From Cercozoa sp. M6MM (taxonomy: Eukaryota; Protista; Endomyxa: Ascetosporea): a DNA stretch of 37,377 nucleotides. Positions 35,195 to 37,377 of the stretch are shown here, in pieces. Within the stretch, counting starts at the first letter, position 1, and every line of letters starts with the position of its first letter. Made by a program: the position numbers and the translations under genes. The notes beneath the pieces were generated by a model. It saw only the letters and a program-made list of their open reading frames with translations, had not been told where the DNA came from and did not search any database. The stretch lies in the NCBI GenBank assembly GCA_040357565.1, contig JBDODJ010000109.1. One strand, given 5' to 3'.

Positions 35195-37031
35195 ACATAC
35201 ACACACACACACGCACCTCACCACCCTCGACTACCCTTTGTGTTTGTGTTCAACGTACCATGAAACGAGCACGCTTATTGTCGGCACGAATGCGATCCTT
35301 CACCACGGCCACAGTCTCCGCGTTCTCCTCCACTGCACTCGAGCCGACTCAAACATCAAATCAACCCAACCTTCAGGCTTGGGCACGAAAAAAGGTACCC
35401 AGAGGGTCTAACTCAGTCAAGTATGACTCGATCCGCGTCAGCATCTCATTGCGCATCTGTTTAAATCAATCATAACGTCATCTGGCATGTAAACTTGAAC
35501 TGTCTTCTGAGAGAATCTGTACCTCTCCTTCAAGCGAGTCGAGTTTGAGCAAGGCGTGCAGCACGTCACGCCGCATGAAATGAACCTATTCAGAACGATA
35601 CTGTGTCCACTGACCATGTACTCCAACAGAAGAGAGCACCTGGTGTGTCGTGTGATACGCACGTCGAAAGCGTGAAAACGATGCCGTCGTGTCCTACACA
35701 TCACACAGCTGTACATCAGCTCAACAACTGAGACGACAGTTGTGTAGTACGATGAGTTCCGCCTCAACTTTGGCGTACTCGGATAGCTGCACAACCACAA
35801 AGATATTCCGCTGAGCCCAGCAATGGCTGAGTAAACCGCATACCTCCTTGCCGTAGAGACCGGTGGCACATCGACGCCGCTTGCTTCGCGAGTCGGCCTC
35901 GTCATTGTCGTTGCCGCGACGCAGGCGCTTGCCGTGCTGATTGAGTGTGTGCCGCGCGTCTTCTAGTTCCTGTTCACGAAGACGACCCGCGGGTCGCTCG
36001 CGATTGTGCAGTCGGTGCAGCAGTGTCAGGTTGTCGCGTGCCACGACGGTGTGATCGAGATCATCGTCGCTGTCCGAGTCGCAGCTGTCAGAGTTGGGGC
36101 GATCATTGACTGCGGCACCGTGCGACACCGATTCGGCACGTGCACAGCGACGCCGCTTGAGACGCAGTCGCTGTGCGCGACGTCGCTTCAGCAGTCGCTG
36201 CCGACCTGGCAGCAGCGAGCCGATGCGCGTGGCACTGCGTGCAACCTCGGGCACTTCATACTCCTTCTGCATACACATGCGCACATATTGTACACATGCA
36301 CACATGCACAAGGCACAGCATACGATAGGATCCTCGCCGGCAATCGAGTCGGTTTGCGACACCTGCAGACGCACACAGCCACTAGGTCAACTCGACCCCT
36401 CTGTTAGACAAAGAGGTACGGGCAGTCCAGTCAGCATGGCGACAGCGCGTTCGAAGCCGCGTCGCATCCACGGCATTGTTTCGTATTGCATGCGCAAGTA
36501 CGTCGCCTGCGTCAACACAAACACACTCATCAGTGACTATTCCACTTTACAGTTCATCGGAGTATCACTGTACCCGCGAAGTGTTCAACTCCTCGGGGTC
36601 CACGTCGAACTGTCCAACCATTAGTCAGTTTCCCACCGACAAAAAGAGTGCCCCCCATAACGTCAGAGATACACGAGTGCACACCTGGAAGTAGAACTCG
36701 CGGCGCTGTGGCTGCTGCGGCGTGTGCTCCAGGAAGTGCTGCACACGGACCAGAATCAGACCAGTCTTACAGTCGGTATACATATATAACGATATATATA
36801 TATATATATATAATTAGACACACACATGTATATATACATATACATGTATATATAAACATGTCTACAGATTATAACATAAACTTATGTAACATATCATAGA
36901 GAGTCCAGTGTAAGGAACGTATATTTGTAAAGATGTATCTAACAACCGTATCTAATTCTATGCAGAAGCGTATACATGTCAATACATATGTTGTTAATTT
37001 ATGTTTACATATACATAAAAATATATATAAG

Positions 37032-37063
<32 letters not shown>

Positions 37064-37320
37064 CACACACACACACACATACATAGACACAGTAAAAAGA
37101 ACACATTGTGGTACCGCAAAGGTGCCGCGAAGTTGCTGTCGTAGTTGCTGCCGCAGTGACAGAAAGTTCAGGTGCTGATACCACTGCGACAAACAATATC
37201 AAGCTCTCTTTATCTGGCACCCTCCATCCTCTATATTCACATAGCTTACCTTGTCAGCCTCAAGCAACACATGCCGCGGTGGAATGCGGAACGTCGTCTA
37301 TTCACAAAGGGGTCAAATCT
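34108..37320 (-). CDS. Hypothetical multi-exon protein; 5' end beyond the window
   Basis: Series of GT-AG bounded, codon-like exons, e.g. WYQHLNFLSLRQQLRQQLRGTFA, ATYLRMQYETMPWMRRGFERAVAML, KEYEVPEV...LLKRRRAQRLRLKRRR (NLS-like) and an acidic tract. Ends ...WLLSFVRRAPRGW*. No family recognised. Confidence 0.55.
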
Positions 37321-37327
37321 GACCTTG

Positions 37328-37377
<50 letters not shown>

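Noticed and set aside
1-37377. Alternative genetic code or non-canonical introns
   Set aside because: The well-conserved genes (AP1M, PGGT1B, NMD3, DNPEP) splice in frame with GT-AG introns, and all three stop codons terminate gene models.

Overview
Eukaryotic, gene-dense, intron-rich DNA, probably from a protist (taxon not determinable). It uses the standard code (TAA, TAG and TGA all close genes), so most ORF-track entries are artefacts of reading through introns. Hand-spliced GT-AG models give, in order: PX-domain protein (-, partial), AP-1 mu subunit (+), F-box protein (+), ELAV-like 3xRRM protein (-), small I78 protease inhibitor (-), GGTase-I beta (+), NMD3 (+), a decayed head-to-head LINE pair, a cryptic coiled-coil gene built from duplicated microexons (-), PAAF1/Rpn14 (-), AZUL-HECT UBE3A-like ligase (+), a secreted beta-helix-like protein (-), M18 aspartyl aminopeptidase (+) and a hypothetical protein (-, partial). 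Most striking: (1) two candidate snoRNAs at the NMD3 locus, a divergent H/ACA and an intronic C/D, whose guides together spell a covarying version of one LSU rRNA helix; (2) introns built from telomere-like C/G-run minisatellites that contrast with CpG-rich exons; (3) very weak 5' splice sites dominated by GTAC; (4) functionally matched head-to-head gene pairs, some carrying a GGCCCA motif. Exon models and rRNA comparisons were done by eye or from memory and need computational confirmation.
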